Assembly (NCBI GenBank): GCA_044222475.1
Contig: JBGANF010000014.1
Coordinates: 33,188 to 97,187 of the forward strand
Length of the DNA stretch: 64,000 nucleotides
Origin: Polyangiaceae bacterium
GTDB lineage: Bacteria > Myxococcota_A > Polyangia > Polyangiales > Polyangiaceae
Reading direction: 5' to 3'
In this document: piece after piece, positions 30,707 to 40,214 of the stretch
Position numbering within the stretch: the stretch's first letter is position 1
How the letters are laid out: the number at the start of each line of letters is the position of its first letter
Notes under the pieces: model-generated
The model's input: only the letters and a program-made list of their open reading frames with translations
Databases searched by the model: none
Told to the model about the DNA's origin: nothing
Program-made: the position numbers and the translations under genes

Positions 30707-31006
30707 CTACGGGGAGGGCGTTGGAGGCGGATGCCGTTCCCACGCGGACGTTCGCGTCGGTCGTGAAGCTCGCCATCCGAGCGGGAGGTCCGCAAGCTCC
30801 GCGATGCTCGGGTCCAGTTTGACCATCGTGCCGAGCGCCACCACCGCCGCCTCTCCCGCTGAAATCTCACCAACCGCTGGGTGAAACTGCCAAGCGCCGT
30901 CCTCTGCGTCGTGGACGACGTGCGCAATCCATTCGTCGTCGAACGCAATGCTCTTGCAGGTGAACACGGCCACGTTCGGCGGATCCGTGAACGCCCAAGC
31001 GGTCAT
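30707..31006 (-). CDS. Imm33/DUF2185-like immunity protein, in frame with ccmB
   Basis: MTAWAFTDPPN...HDAEDGAWQF...DPSIAELADLPLGW; own ATG at 31006. Confidence 0.6.
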   Translation of the reverse strand: MTAWAFTDPPNVAVFTCKSIAFDDEWIAHVVHDAEDGAWQFHPAVGEISAGEAAVVALGTMVKLDPSIAELADLPLGWRASRPTRTSAWERHPPPTPSP

Positions 31007-31687
31007 GGGTCCACCAGCGGCCGGTCGTCGGTAAACCATGCGCGCGATCGCGACGGTGTCGAAGACCACGAGCAGCAGGAAATAATCCGTCAGCTCCTCG
31101 AACGGCGCTCCTCCCAGAAGCTCTCTCGTCCCCGTGACCCCGGTCAGCAGCGCCGGAGACAGCAACGGAAACAGCACCGTCGCCAGCACCAGATCTCGCG
31201 CGCGCGTCCGCACCGTCATCGCCCCGAACAGCGTGCCCGTCGCCGCCACGCCGATCGCTCCGAGCACCAGCAAACCCGCGAGCATCGGCCCGCCGCCCCG
31301 CAGGTCGACGTGGAGCACCAGCGCCGCGACCGGCACGACGATGATCTCCACCGCCAGCACGAACAGAAACACCCCCAGCATCTTCCCCAGGAAGATCGCT
31401 CCGCGCGGCACCGGCGAAACCAACAGCGCCAGGAACGCGCTCTCTTCGCGCTCGCGCTGCCACGCGCGCCCCAGCGCGAGCACGCTCGAGAACGCCAACG
31501 TCAGCCAGATCGTCCCGGGCGCGATCCGCGTCGTGACGTTCGGCCCCGCCGTGTAGGCCAGCGACGCGAGCAGCGTCATCAGGATCCCGAAGAACCCGGT
31601 CGTCGTCACGACCTCGCGCGTACGAAGCTCGACCGTCACGTCCTTCCGGAGGACGATCCACGTGGCTGACAGGAACCCGGCTTGCAC
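31007..31687 (-). CDS. ccmB: Heme exporter protein CcmB, lacking its own stop and reading into the Imm33-like ORF
   Basis: LRKDVTVELRTRE, ERE, IFLGK and LFPLLSPAL motifs; about 6 TM helices. Confidence 0.8.
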
Positions 31688-31745
31688 GGTTCTGTGCGAG
31701 AGTACGCGTCCCGAGCGTTCATCCGCTACTTTTCGCCCGGACCAC

Positions 31746-32753
31746 GTGAGAAGGGTCGTCGTCGCCTACAACGTCGATTTCGAGGAGGCATCGCCCAAAG
31801 GCGATGCCGGCCACGCCGCGCGCAAAGACGTCGCCACCGTCGCAAGCGCGGTGGCCGACGCGCTCTCTTCCGCGTACGACGCGCCGCTCCTGCCCGTCGA
31901 CGCCGACCTGTTCGCGTTTCGGTCGCGGCTCGAAGCGCTCGCTCCGGACGCGGTGTTCAACCTCTGCGAGTCGGTCGCCGGCGACGCCCGCCTCGAGAGC
32001 GCCATCCCGATGATCCTCGAAGCCATGCGCATCCCGTACACCGGGTCGCCGCCCGCCGCGCTGTCCCTGGGTCTTCGCAAGGACCGCGTGAAGGTCGCCC
32101 TCGAAGGCGCTTCGGTCCCCACGCCGCGCGGTGGCCTCTACGCCGCGCTCCCCCAGAAGATGACGTTCCCGTGCATCGTGAAGCCGTCGCGCGAAGACGG
32201 CTCCGCGGGGATCGGTCCGACGAGCGTCGTCTCGACCCTCGCGACGCTCCGCCGTCGCGCGCTCACGGTCGAGCGAAGGTTCAAGCAACCCGCCCTCGTC
32301 GAAGAGTTCGTCGACGGACGCGAGCTGAACGTCGCCATCCTCGGCGATCCCGCTCGCGTCCTCCCGCTCTGGGAGATCGATTTCTCCGCGATGGCGCGCG
32401 GCCTCCCGCGCATCGTCACCTACGAGGGCAAGTGGAGCGTCGGCTCGGCGCAGGATCGCGGCTCTCGACCGAGGCGATCGCGCCTCGCGGGGGCGTCGCT
32501 CTCCCGCGTGAAGCGCGCGTCGCTCGCCGCGTTCTCCGCGATCGGGCTCCGAGACTACGGTCGGGTCGACGTGCGACTCGGGAGCGACGGCGTGCCGTAC
32601 GTCGTCGACGTCAACCCGAACTGCGACCTGTCGCCGAACGCCGGGTTCGCGCGCGCGGCCGCGGCGCAGGGCATCTCGTACCGGAGCCTCGTTCGACGCA
32701 TCGCGGAGCTCGCGCTCGCGCGCGGACGGGGGAGGAAGGCCCCGCGTGGCTGA
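31746..32753 (+). CDS. D-Ala-D-Ala ligase-like ATP-grasp protein
   Basis: VFNLCES, PYTGS, IVKP..EDGSAGI, EEFVDGRE, YGRVDVR and DVNPNCDL motifs. Start approximate. Confidence 0.85.
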   Translation: MRRVVVAYNVDFEEASPKGDAGHAARKDVATVASAVADALSSAYDAPLLPVDADLFAFRSRLEALAPDAVFNLCESVAGDARLESAIPMILEAMRIPYTGSPPAALSLGLRKDRVKVALEGASVPTPRGGLYAALPQKMTFPCIVKPSREDGSAGIGPTSVVSTLATLRRRALTVERRFKQPALVEEFVDGRELNVAILGDPARVLPLWEIDFSAMARGLPRIVTYEGKWSVGSAQDRGSRPRRSRLAGASLSRVKRASLAAFSAIGLRDYGRVDVRLGSDGVPYVVDVNPNCDLSPNAGFARAAAAQGISYRSLVRRIAELALARGRGRKAPRG

Positions 32754-33216
32754 TCTCGCCCTCGTGCCGCTGCGCGCCGAACACCTCGCAGCGCTCGCGT
32801 CGATCCTCCAGGCGACCCCCGAGTTCACCGCCGAAGAGGTGAACGTCGCGATCGAGATCCTCGAGGACACCGTCGCAGGGGACGACTACCGCGTCCTCGT
32901 CGCCGAGCGCGACGGCGTCGTCGCGGGCTACGCGTGCTTCGGCGAGACGCCGATGACCGAGGGCACGTTCGACCTCTACTGGGTCGCCGTGGCACCGAGC
33001 GAGAAACGCTCCGGCGTCGGTCGGGCCGCGCTGGAAGCCGTCCTCGACCGCATTCGCGGCTCGGGCGGGCGCCTCCTCCGCGTCGAGACCGAGGGCGGCG
33101 CTCGCTACGAAGGCACGCGCGCGTTCTACGAGCGCCTCGGCTTCGCCGTCGCGTCGGAGATCCGTGACTTCTACGCGCCGGGTCGCTCGCTCGTGGTGTT
33201 CGTCAAATACGTGTAG
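32746..33216 (+). CDS. GNAT N-acetyltransferase
   Basis: TFDLYWVAV, RSGVG and FYERLGF motifs; overlaps ATP-grasp stop. Confidence 0.88.
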   Translation: MADLALVPLRAEHLAALASILQATPEFTAEEVNVAIEILEDTVAGDDYRVLVAERDGVVAGYACFGETPMTEGTFDLYWVAVAPSEKRSGVGRAALEAVLDRIRGSGGRLLRVETEGGARYEGTRAFYERLGFAVASEIRDFYAPGRSLVVFVKYV

Positions 33217-33225
33217 AGCGCAAGC

Positions 33226-34179
33226 TCAGGGCTCGTCGGCCGATTTCGCTCGATCGCGGATCTTCGTCGCGAGCGTCGTCCGTTGCTCGGGCGTGAGGAT
33301 CGGCAGCACCGTCGCCGCCAGCTTGAACATGCGGTCGCCGTGCTCGGTCATGAAGTCCTTGCCGGCGTGGTCCGTGTCGAGCTCGGCGACGACGAAGTGA
33401 TCGCTCCGGAACGCGTCGGTCATCTTGTTGATGCGATCGCGGGCGCCGTGCCAGTCGTGCTTGCCACCCGGGCCCGGACCCGCCGCGGCGCCGGGCGCAG
33501 CTGCGCCGGCTGCACCGTCGCTTGCGCCGGCGGCCCACTGGGCGAAGATCGCCTGGCGGATCTTCGTCTGCTGTTCGTCGGTGAGCTTCAGCTCCGCGCC
33601 GAGGTGCGCGAGAGGCCCGAAGCCCATGCCACCACCACCTGCGCCCGGCCCAGGAGCCGCGCCCCCGCCGCCCATGCCAGCGGCCGCGCGATCGTCGTCG
33701 CGACGCTCGTGCCACTTGGCCTTGAGCGCGTCGATGTATGCGCCGCGCTGGCTCGCGTCGAGGATCGCGTGCAGCTTCTCCAGCGCGGCCGCGTCGCCCG
33801 GTTTCGCCGCGGCCATCGCCGCCTGCACCGCGTCGATCTTCGGCTGGAGCGCGGCCTTGTCGACCGTTCCGGCCTGCACCTGATCCGCGACCGCCAGCAT
33901 GAGCGCCTCGGTCGCTTGGCGCACCGGCGCGTGCCGCGCTTCGGCGTCTTTCGCGAGCTGCTCGATCTGCGGACGCTGATCGGGACGGAGCGCGACGTCT
34001 CCGAGCGCATCGAGCGAGGCCTTCACGAACCCGTGCGCGGGCACGTTGAACGGAGCCTTCGTCGCGGCCTGGACGGTCTGAGCCGTCGGGGTCTCGGTCG
34101 TCGACGTCGCTGCGCAGCCGTTCCCCACCAGTGCTGCGGTGGCGAGACCGAGGGCCAGGGCGATCGTGCGAAACCTCAT
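33226..34179 (-). CDS. Spy/CpxP-like periplasmic lipoprotein
   Basis: Lipobox GNGC; LRPDQR, LDASQR, LTDEQ and LTPEQR repeats. Confidence 0.7.
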   Translation of the reverse strand: MRFRTIALALGLATAALVGNGCAATSTTETPTAQTVQAATKAPFNVPAHGFVKASLDALGDVALRPDQRPQIEQLAKDAEARHAPVRQATEALMLAVADQVQAGTVDKAALQPKIDAVQAAMAAAKPGDAAALEKLHAILDASQRGAYIDALKAKWHERRDDDRAAAGMGGGGAAPGPGAGGGGMGFGPLAHLGAELKLTDEQQTKIRQAIFAQWAAGASDGAAGAAAPGAAAGPGPGGKHDWHGARDRINKMTDAFRSDHFVVAELDTDHAGKDFMTEHGDRMFKLAATVLPILTPEQRTTLATKIRDRAKSADEP

Positions 34180-34254
34180 GGGATGACCTCCACGTCCCAT
34201 GATGCGCTTCCCCGGCGCGGCCGCCAGTGAAGAAATGTTTCGGCTGAAAAGCCT

Positions 34255-34866
34255 TTAGAAAACGAACACGCCGAGGGCCACGACGGTCGACCAGTGACCG
34301 CGCTTGTTCCCTTCGGCGCTCTGCACGACGTGGCGGGTGCGGAGGATCGTCTTCTCCATCTTGAAGACCTGCTCGCGCTCGCTCCAGGCCTTCTCGGGAT
34401 CGAACTCGATGCCGAGCGTCGTCGCGAGCATCGTCGCGGCGAGGTCTTCGGCGTACTCGCCGGCGACCTTGCCCGTCTCGCCGTAGCTGTGGTGCTCGGA
34501 GAGGTAGCCGTACATCTTCGGGTCCGCGGGGCGAGCCACGCCGATCGACGCCGCGATGAGGCGGTTCGACTCGTTCGTGTCCTGGCGCGCCATCACGCAG
34601 TGGACGATCTGTCCGGGCCGGATGAGCTTCTCGCCTTCCTTGCGGCTCAGCTCCTTGCAGTGCGGCGGAAAGATCGAGCTGACGGTGACGAGGTTCGCCT
34701 TCTCGATCCCGGCGTCGCGCAGCGCGAGCTCGAACGAAGAGAGGCGATCTTTGTGCACGCCTACGCCGTGCGTGAAGAAGATTCCCTTCGGCACGAACAT
34801 GTCGTGCATGACCGGAAATCCCGACTCGCCGACGACGATCCCGCTCTTCTTGTTTTTCTTGCCCAT
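34255..34866 (-). CDS. pdaD: Pyruvoyl-dependent arginine decarboxylase
   Basis: [22 protein letters not shown] (self-cleavage site) and GYLSEHH motifs. Confidence 0.88.
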   Translation of the reverse strand: MGKKNKKSGIVVGESGFPVMHDMFVPKGIFFTHGVGVHKDRLSSFELALRDAGIEKANLVTVSSIFPPHCKELSRKEGEKLIRPGQIVHCVMARQDTNESNRLIAASIGVARPADPKMYGYLSEHHSYGETGKVAGEYAEDLAATMLATTLGIEFDPEKAWSEREQVFKMEKTILRTRHVVQSAEGNKRGHWSTVVALGVFVF

Positions 34867-34908
34867 GGACTTTTCACTGTGTCTTTTACAGTGCTCACTT
34901 CGGGAGCC

Positions 34909-34955
34909 AAAAGAAAAAACGCGAGCCGTCTTCACATCGAAGAGCCGGCTCGCGT
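34909..34955 (-). terminator. Rho-independent terminator of the 35027-35473 gene
   Basis: ACGCGAGCCG...CGGCTCGCGT hairpin followed by TTTTTCTTTT on the minus strand. Confidence 0.8.
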
Positions 34956-35026
34956 CGTCACCTTCTCGTCACACGCCGTCACACGCCGTCAGAGGGCTGA
35001 CACGGCGTCACACGGCTCGCACGCCG

Positions 35027-35473
35027 TCACGCCTTCTTGGCAGCGGGCTTCTTCGCAGCTGCGGGCGCAGCCTTCTTCGCAGCGGCCTTCTTCGGGGCGT
35101 CGGCGGCCGACTTCTTGGTCGACGGCGCCTTCTTCGCGTCGGAGCCCGACTTCCGCTTCTCGAGCGAACGGAACATGTCGTAGAGGCGCGGAACCGGGTA
35201 GGCGCTGATGCGGCCCTTGTAGCCCTCGTCCTTGGTGCGCTTCTCGAGGTCGAGGATCGCGTCGATGAGCTTGCCGCGGGTGCCGAACTTGTCTTTGACG
35301 GTCGTGAACGTCGCGTGGAGGCGGAGGAGCTTGGCGTTCGAGACGTGGGCGAGGCCCTTGCTCTCGTTCGTGCGCGCGAGCCAGAGGTCGCCGTCGGCGA
35401 ACTTTTGGACCGCGGCGACGAGCTTCTGCTTGTCTCCGAACTTCTCCTTCACGATGGCGTGCGGGCTCTTCAT
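35027..35473 (-). CDS. Small basic protein with histone H1-like Lys/Ala/Pro tail
   Basis: MKSPHAIVKEKFG...PKKAAAKKAAPAAAKKPAAKKA; GAAAGG RBS. Confidence 0.8.
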   Translation of the reverse strand: MKSPHAIVKEKFGDKQKLVAAVQKFADGDLWLARTNESKGLAHVSNAKLLRLHATFTTVKDKFGTRGKLIDAILDLEKRTKDEGYKGRISAYPVPRLYDMFRSLEKRKSGSDAKKAPSTKKSAADAPKKAAAKKAAPAAAKKPAAKKA

Positions 35474-35583
35474 GACGATTCCTTTCGAGGGTGCACGAGA
35501 TGACTCGTGCGGCGTGCCAGATTTGGCGGGGGGCGGACGATTAGCAGCCGAGAACCAAAGCCGCAAGAGTTGGTGTAGGTTCC

Positions 35584-36546
35584 ATGGCCGTGAAGACCCC
35601 GGCCCCGACCTCGCTCTTCGAGATACCCGCCGCCCTGTGGGCCGTCCTCCTGGCGGCCTTGCTGGCCACGGGGTGCGCGGCGGAACGGCCGCGGACCGCG
35701 GCCTACCCGGATCCCGGCTCGAGCTACGGGCCGACGGCGGGGGCGACGACCGTCGCCGCAAACGCACCCCCGGCGGAGGCCGAGATGTCGAGCGGCGCCG
35801 CGGACGAGCGCTTCGCGAGCGACGACTCCGACGGCTCGCCGTCGCCGCCGCCCGCCAAGCCGGTGCGGCAGATCGACCGCGACGGCGACGCACCCCCCCC
35901 TGTCTTGAAGAAGCCGGCCATCGATCGCACTCCGGGGGACGACGGCAACGGCACCGGCGGTCAGCAGACCGCGACGCAGCCGCAGGGCCCGACGACGGCC
36001 GCGGTCCACGGCACCGAGTTCCTCATCTACACGGCACGCCTGACGATGGCCGTCTACCAGGTGGGTCCCGGCCTCGACGCAATCGAGCGCATCGGGCGAG
36101 ACGTGGGAGGGTACCTATCCGCAAAGACCGATCGCGAGGTCACGATCCGGGTGCCGCGGCAGCGCTTCGAAGAGACGCTGAAGCGGGTCGAAGGCAGCGG
36201 CGACGTCCTGCACCGCGAGGTTCGCGCGCAAGACGTCACCGACGAGTTCATGGACCTCGACACGCGGCTCAAGAACGCGCGCGCGATGCGTCAGCGGCTC
36301 CAAGATCTGCTCGCGAAGGCGGCGGTCAAGGAAGCGCTCGAGATCGAGAAGGAGCTCGGCCGCGTCACCGGCGAGATCGAGACGATGGAAGGGAAGCTCA
36401 AGCTTCTCCGCGACCGCATCGCGTTCTCCACGATCACCGTCGCGTTCGAGGCGCGCGGCGCGGCTGCGGTGCGCGACATGCCGCTGCGGCTGCCGTTCCC
36501 GTGGCTCTCCAACCTGGGGCTCCAACGCCTCCTCAGCCTGTATTGA
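35584..36546 (+). CDS. DUF4349 family lipoprotein
   Basis: ATGC lipobox; IRVP, QDVTDEFMD and IEKEL...EIE motifs. Confidence 0.8.
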   Translation: MAVKTPAPTSLFEIPAALWAVLLAALLATGCAAERPRTAAYPDPGSSYGPTAGATTVAANAPPAEAEMSSGAADERFASDDSDGSPSPPPAKPVRQIDRDGDAPPPVLKKPAIDRTPGDDGNGTGGQQTATQPQGPTTAAVHGTEFLIYTARLTMAVYQVGPGLDAIERIGRDVGGYLSAKTDREVTIRVPRQRFEETLKRVEGSGDVLHREVRAQDVTDEFMDLDTRLKNARAMRQRLQDLLAKAAVKEALEIEKELGRVTGEIETMEGKLKLLRDRIAFSTITVAFEARGAAAVRDMPLRLPFPWLSNLGLQRLLSLY

Positions 36547-36557
36547 GGAGAGAACCG

Positions 36558-37034
36558 ATGAAGCGCTCCCTCCTCGCCTTCGCGATCGTCGTCGTCGCAC
36601 TCTTCGGCTCCGGCTGCGGCAAGCCGTTCGACGTCAAGACCGCCCCCGGGTTCATCGAGCTCGAGCACCAGGCTCCGACCTACCAATTCCGAGCGACCGC
36701 GCCCGAGGGCGTCGTCGTCGGCCTCCAAGTCGTCGACCTCGAAGGCGACAACGGGGGCGACCTCGCGTTCTGGACGCGCGCGATCACCCTCCAGGTCCGC
36801 GACGTGCAGGGCTACGCCCTCCTCGAGACACGCGACGTCAAATCGCGCGACGGCACGCCAGGCAAGGAGCTCCGCTTCGGCCACGACGAGGACAGCAAGC
36901 CGTTCGTCTACCGCCTCACGGTCTACGTGAAGGACAAACGCCTCTTCATGCTCGAGGCCGGCGGAACGCGCGCCAACTTCGAAAAGTACGAGAAGAGCGT
37001 CCAGTGGATGAGCGACACGCTGCTCCTCAAGTGA
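36558..37034 (+). CDS. Hypothetical lipoprotein
   Basis: GAGGAG RBS; GSGC lipobox. Confidence 0.75.
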   Translation: MKRSLLAFAIVVVALFGSGCGKPFDVKTAPGFIELEHQAPTYQFRATAPEGVVVGLQVVDLEGDNGGDLAFWTRAITLQVRDVQGYALLETRDVKSRDGTPGKELRFGHDEDSKPFVYRLTVYVKDKRLFMLEAGGTRANFEKYEKSVQWMSDTLLLK

Positions 37035-37038
37035 GGCG

Positions 37039-37917
37039 GTGATGCGCTGGCTGTACCACGCGCTCCCCGCGCGCGACGTGCCCACCGCGGATCTCGCTCC
37101 GCCGTCGCTCGCGAGCGAGGGGTTCGTCCACTGCTCGTTCCAGCCGATGGTCGCCGAGAGCGTGCGCCTCTACTTCGGCGGGACGCCGCTCGGCGACATG
37201 CGCGTCGTGCGCATCGACCCGCGCCGACTCGACGTCCCCGTCGAGATCGCCGACACGCCGCGCGGGCCCATGCCCCACGTCCACGGTCCGATCCCCGCGG
37301 ATGCGATGCGCGAGGTCACCACGGTCGACGCGATCGCGACCGCGCCCGACGCCGTTCGCGGGACCCACTTCGCGTTCGTGGCGTTCGCCGGGATGACGCT
37401 CCTCGATCTCGTGGGCGTTCACGACGCCATCGCGCGCATCGGTCGCTCCAAGCTCGACGAGACCGCGCGCTTCAGCTTCGCCTCGGCGACCGACGACCCA
37501 TGGGCCGAGCACGGCGCGCGCTTCGACGCCGGCTACCTGCGACCCGATCTCGCCGACGTGGACGTCCTCGTCGTCCCCGGCGGCCTCGGCACGCGCCAGC
37601 TCGTCTCCGACGCCGAGGTGATCGCCTGGCTTCGAACCTTCCCCGCGAATCGGCTCAAGGCCTCGGTGTGCACCGGTGCGCTCTTGCTCGGCGCCGCGGG
37701 CTTCTTGGAAGGGCGCCGCGCGACGACGCACCACTCGGCCACCGCCGATCTCGCTCAGTACGGTGCGACGCACGAGGACGCGCGGGTGGTCCACGACCGC
37801 GCGCTCGTGACCGGCGGCGGCGTGACTGCTGCGATCGACGTGGGGCTCTACCTGGTTCGCATGTTCCACGGAGACGACGCGGCGAAGGCGGTGGCGCGTC
37901 AGATGGAGTGGCGGTGA
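37039..37917 (+). CDS. DUF952 + DJ-1/PfpI fusion protein
   Basis: EGFVHCS...PHVHGPI followed by VPGG, SVCTGA, ATTH and TGGGVTAAID. Confidence 0.8.
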   Translation: MMRWLYHALPARDVPTADLAPPSLASEGFVHCSFQPMVAESVRLYFGGTPLGDMRVVRIDPRRLDVPVEIADTPRGPMPHVHGPIPADAMREVTTVDAIATAPDAVRGTHFAFVAFAGMTLLDLVGVHDAIARIGRSKLDETARFSFASATDDPWAEHGARFDAGYLRPDLADVDVLVVPGGLGTRQLVSDAEVIAWLRTFPANRLKASVCTGALLLGAAGFLEGRRATTHHSATADLAQYGATHEDARVVHDRALVTGGGVTAAIDVGLYLVRMFHGDDAAKAVARQMEWR

Positions 37918-38831
37918 CCGCGCCGTTCGTCCAGGGGCGCTTCGCCGATCTTCCAGAGAAGCCGACGATCCCACACGGGTACTTCGATGTACCAAGTAGG
38001 GACGTCGTCGTTCGCGGTACCGACCTCGGTGACGTGCGCATCCACTACCGAGAAGCAGGCGAGGGCGAGCCGCTCCTCCTCGTCCACGGGCTCATGACGA
38101 CGAGCTACTCGTGGCGGTACGTCCTCGGCGAGCTCGCGAAGAAGCGCCGCGTGATCGCCCTCGATCTTCCGGGCGCCGGTCGCAGCGAGATGGTCCGCGG
38201 GCGCTACGCGCCCGACGTGCTCGCGCGGTTCCTCGGCGCGTTCATGGAGCAGGTCGGGATCGACGGGAGCGACGTCGTCGGCAACTCGATGGGCGGGTAC
38301 CTCACGATGCGCTTGGCGATCGAGCGACCGAGCGCGATCCGCCGCCTCGTCTGCATCCACGCGCCGATGTTCCCGCTGCCACGCATGCACGCGCTGCGCT
38401 TCGCGACGCGGCTGCCGGGCGCGAGCGCTCTCCTCCACGCGCTCGTCCGTCGGGATCCGCTGCGCTGGGCGCACCGGAACGTCCACTATTACGACGAGTC
38501 GCTGAAGTCGCTCGAAGAGGCGCGCGAGTACGGCATGCCGCTCGCCACGCGCGAGGGCTCGGACGCGTTCTTCCACTACCTCGCCGACACGCTCGACCCG
38601 CGCGCGTTCGGCGAGTTCGCGCGGACGCTCGCGACGGTGCGACCGTTCCCGGTGCCGCTCATGCTCCTCTACACCAAGGAGAAGGATCCGATGGTGCCGC
38701 CGGAGATCGGCGAGAAGCTCGCGGCGCTCCTGCCCGAGGCCAAGATGGTCTGGCTCGAGCGAGCGTCGCACTTTCCGCACGTCGACGCGCCGCGCGCGAC
38801 GCTCGACGCACTGGGTGAGTTCCTCGGGTAA
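37914..38831 (+). CDS. Alpha/beta hydrolase
   Basis: LVHG, DLPGAGRS, GNSMGG and SHFPH motifs. Confidence 0.9.
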   Translation: MTAPFVQGRFADLPEKPTIPHGYFDVPSRDVVVRGTDLGDVRIHYREAGEGEPLLLVHGLMTTSYSWRYVLGELAKKRRVIALDLPGAGRSEMVRGRYAPDVLARFLGAFMEQVGIDGSDVVGNSMGGYLTMRLAIERPSAIRRLVCIHAPMFPLPRMHALRFATRLPGASALLHALVRRDPLRWAHRNVHYYDESLKSLEEAREYGMPLATREGSDAFFHYLADTLDPRAFGEFARTLATVRPFPVPLMLLYTKEKDPMVPPEIGEKLAALLPEAKMVWLERASHFPHVDAPRATLDALGEFLG

Positions 38832-38841
38832 CCTCGTACCG

Positions 38842-40200
38842 ATGCGCTCGCTCGCGGAGATCGCCGAAAGCACTCGCGCCGAGACCAAGTTTCGAGCGTC
38901 CAAGTCGGGCTCGTTGGCGCCCGTCTTCGCGGTGCAGTGCCTCGCCGCTGCCGTCGGTCGCCGAGCGATCTCGGTGCGCGTTCGCGCCGGCGGGATCGGA
39001 GGCCTCGAGGAGCGGTACGGTCGCGAGTGGCGGCTCGTCCTACCGAGCGACGGCTCACCGGAGCCGTGGACGAAGATCGTCTGGTCTCTTAAGGAGATGT
39101 CGAACATTCGGCCGGGCAAGCCAGCCATCGCTGGCGCGAAGCTCGCGCTCGTCCTGGACCGCGGCACCAGCCAACCCGTTCGCGCCGACTTCGACTCCAC
39201 CTACGCCTTCACTCCGACCGGGGACACCATCGTCTTGACCGGTGTTCGCGCGTCGGGCGAGTCCACGACCCGGCTCGACCGAAACACCGCCACGTTGAAA
39301 CAGCAATCGAATGCGTGGCTCGACGAAGCGCAAGCCGCCGCCGACCGCTCGGATCGGGACCACGTGCGCAAGTGCTTGGAGGCCGCCGCCACCGGCGCGT
39401 TCGCGATCGGTCGAGGCAATGCAGCTCTCGCAGCCCCCATCCTGTTGCGAGGGGGCACCATCGCCCATCGTGCCGGGCTCTCCGAGGATGCGATCACGCT
39501 CCTGCAGCACGCCATCGGATGCGGCATCACGAGCGCGCGCGGCCGCGTCTTCGCGGACCTCGTGATCGCCGAGGCGTTGGAGGCGCTCGAGCGGTTCGAC
39601 GAAGCCCTTCCTCATCACGAGCGCGCGCTCGCCGAGGTCGAGGCGTTCGGCGTCGAGACGGGCCTCTTGGCTCAGATCCTCTCCGACACGGCGCGCGGGT
39701 GGGCTCGCGCGGGCAATCCGACTCGCGCTGCCTTGATGCTGGACAGAGCGCGCGACATCGCCGACTCGCTCTTGGGACCCGACAGTGCCTTCCTGTCGCC
39801 GCGACTCGAGGCGGCGCGGCTCCGCCGAGAGCGAGATCCCGCGGCGGCGCGCGTGTCGCTCTCCGAAGTGCTCGCCCTCGCGGAGGCGTACGGCGACGAG
39901 GAGACGATCGAGAGTGCGCTGCGCGAGACCGCCGAGGTGGACCTCACCCAGGGCTTCGTCGCGGAAGCGACCGAGCGCCTGAAGCGAGCGCTCGCCATCG
40001 CGCGCTCGCACCCGCGCGCTTTGCCGATCTACACGTTGCTCGCGCGCGCCCTCGGCGCCGCCGACCACCACACCGAGGCACTCGAGGTGTTGCGCGCGGG
40101 CGCCGAGCTCGCTCGAACCGCGCGCCGGCCGGACCACCCGGAGCGGGTCGCGATCGAATCCGCGCTCGCCCTCGCGGGCCGCGCGGCGCCGTATCGTTGA
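38842..40200 (+). CDS. TPR protein with degenerate PilB/GspE N-domain, paralog 1
   Basis: Colinear with 40215-41552; TPR-like helices. Confidence 0.7.
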   Translation: MRSLAEIAESTRAETKFRASKSGSLAPVFAVQCLAAAVGRRAISVRVRAGGIGGLEERYGREWRLVLPSDGSPEPWTKIVWSLKEMSNIRPGKPAIAGAKLALVLDRGTSQPVRADFDSTYAFTPTGDTIVLTGVRASGESTTRLDRNTATLKQQSNAWLDEAQAAADRSDRDHVRKCLEAAATGAFAIGRGNAALAAPILLRGGTIAHRAGLSEDAITLLQHAIGCGITSARGRVFADLVIAEALEALERFDEALPHHERALAEVEAFGVETGLLAQILSDTARGWARAGNPTRAALMLDRARDIADSLLGPDSAFLSPRLEAARLRRERDPAAARVSLSEVLALAEAYGDEETIESALRETAEVDLTQGFVAEATERLKRALAIARSHPRALPIYTLLARALGAADHHTEALEVLRAGAELARTARRPDHPERVAIESALALAGRAAPYR

Positions 40201-40214
40201 GCTACGCTGTGCCG

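Noticed and set aside
34875..34893. LexA SOS box
   Set aside because: CTGT-N7-ACAG has the wrong spacing for the enterobacterial box.
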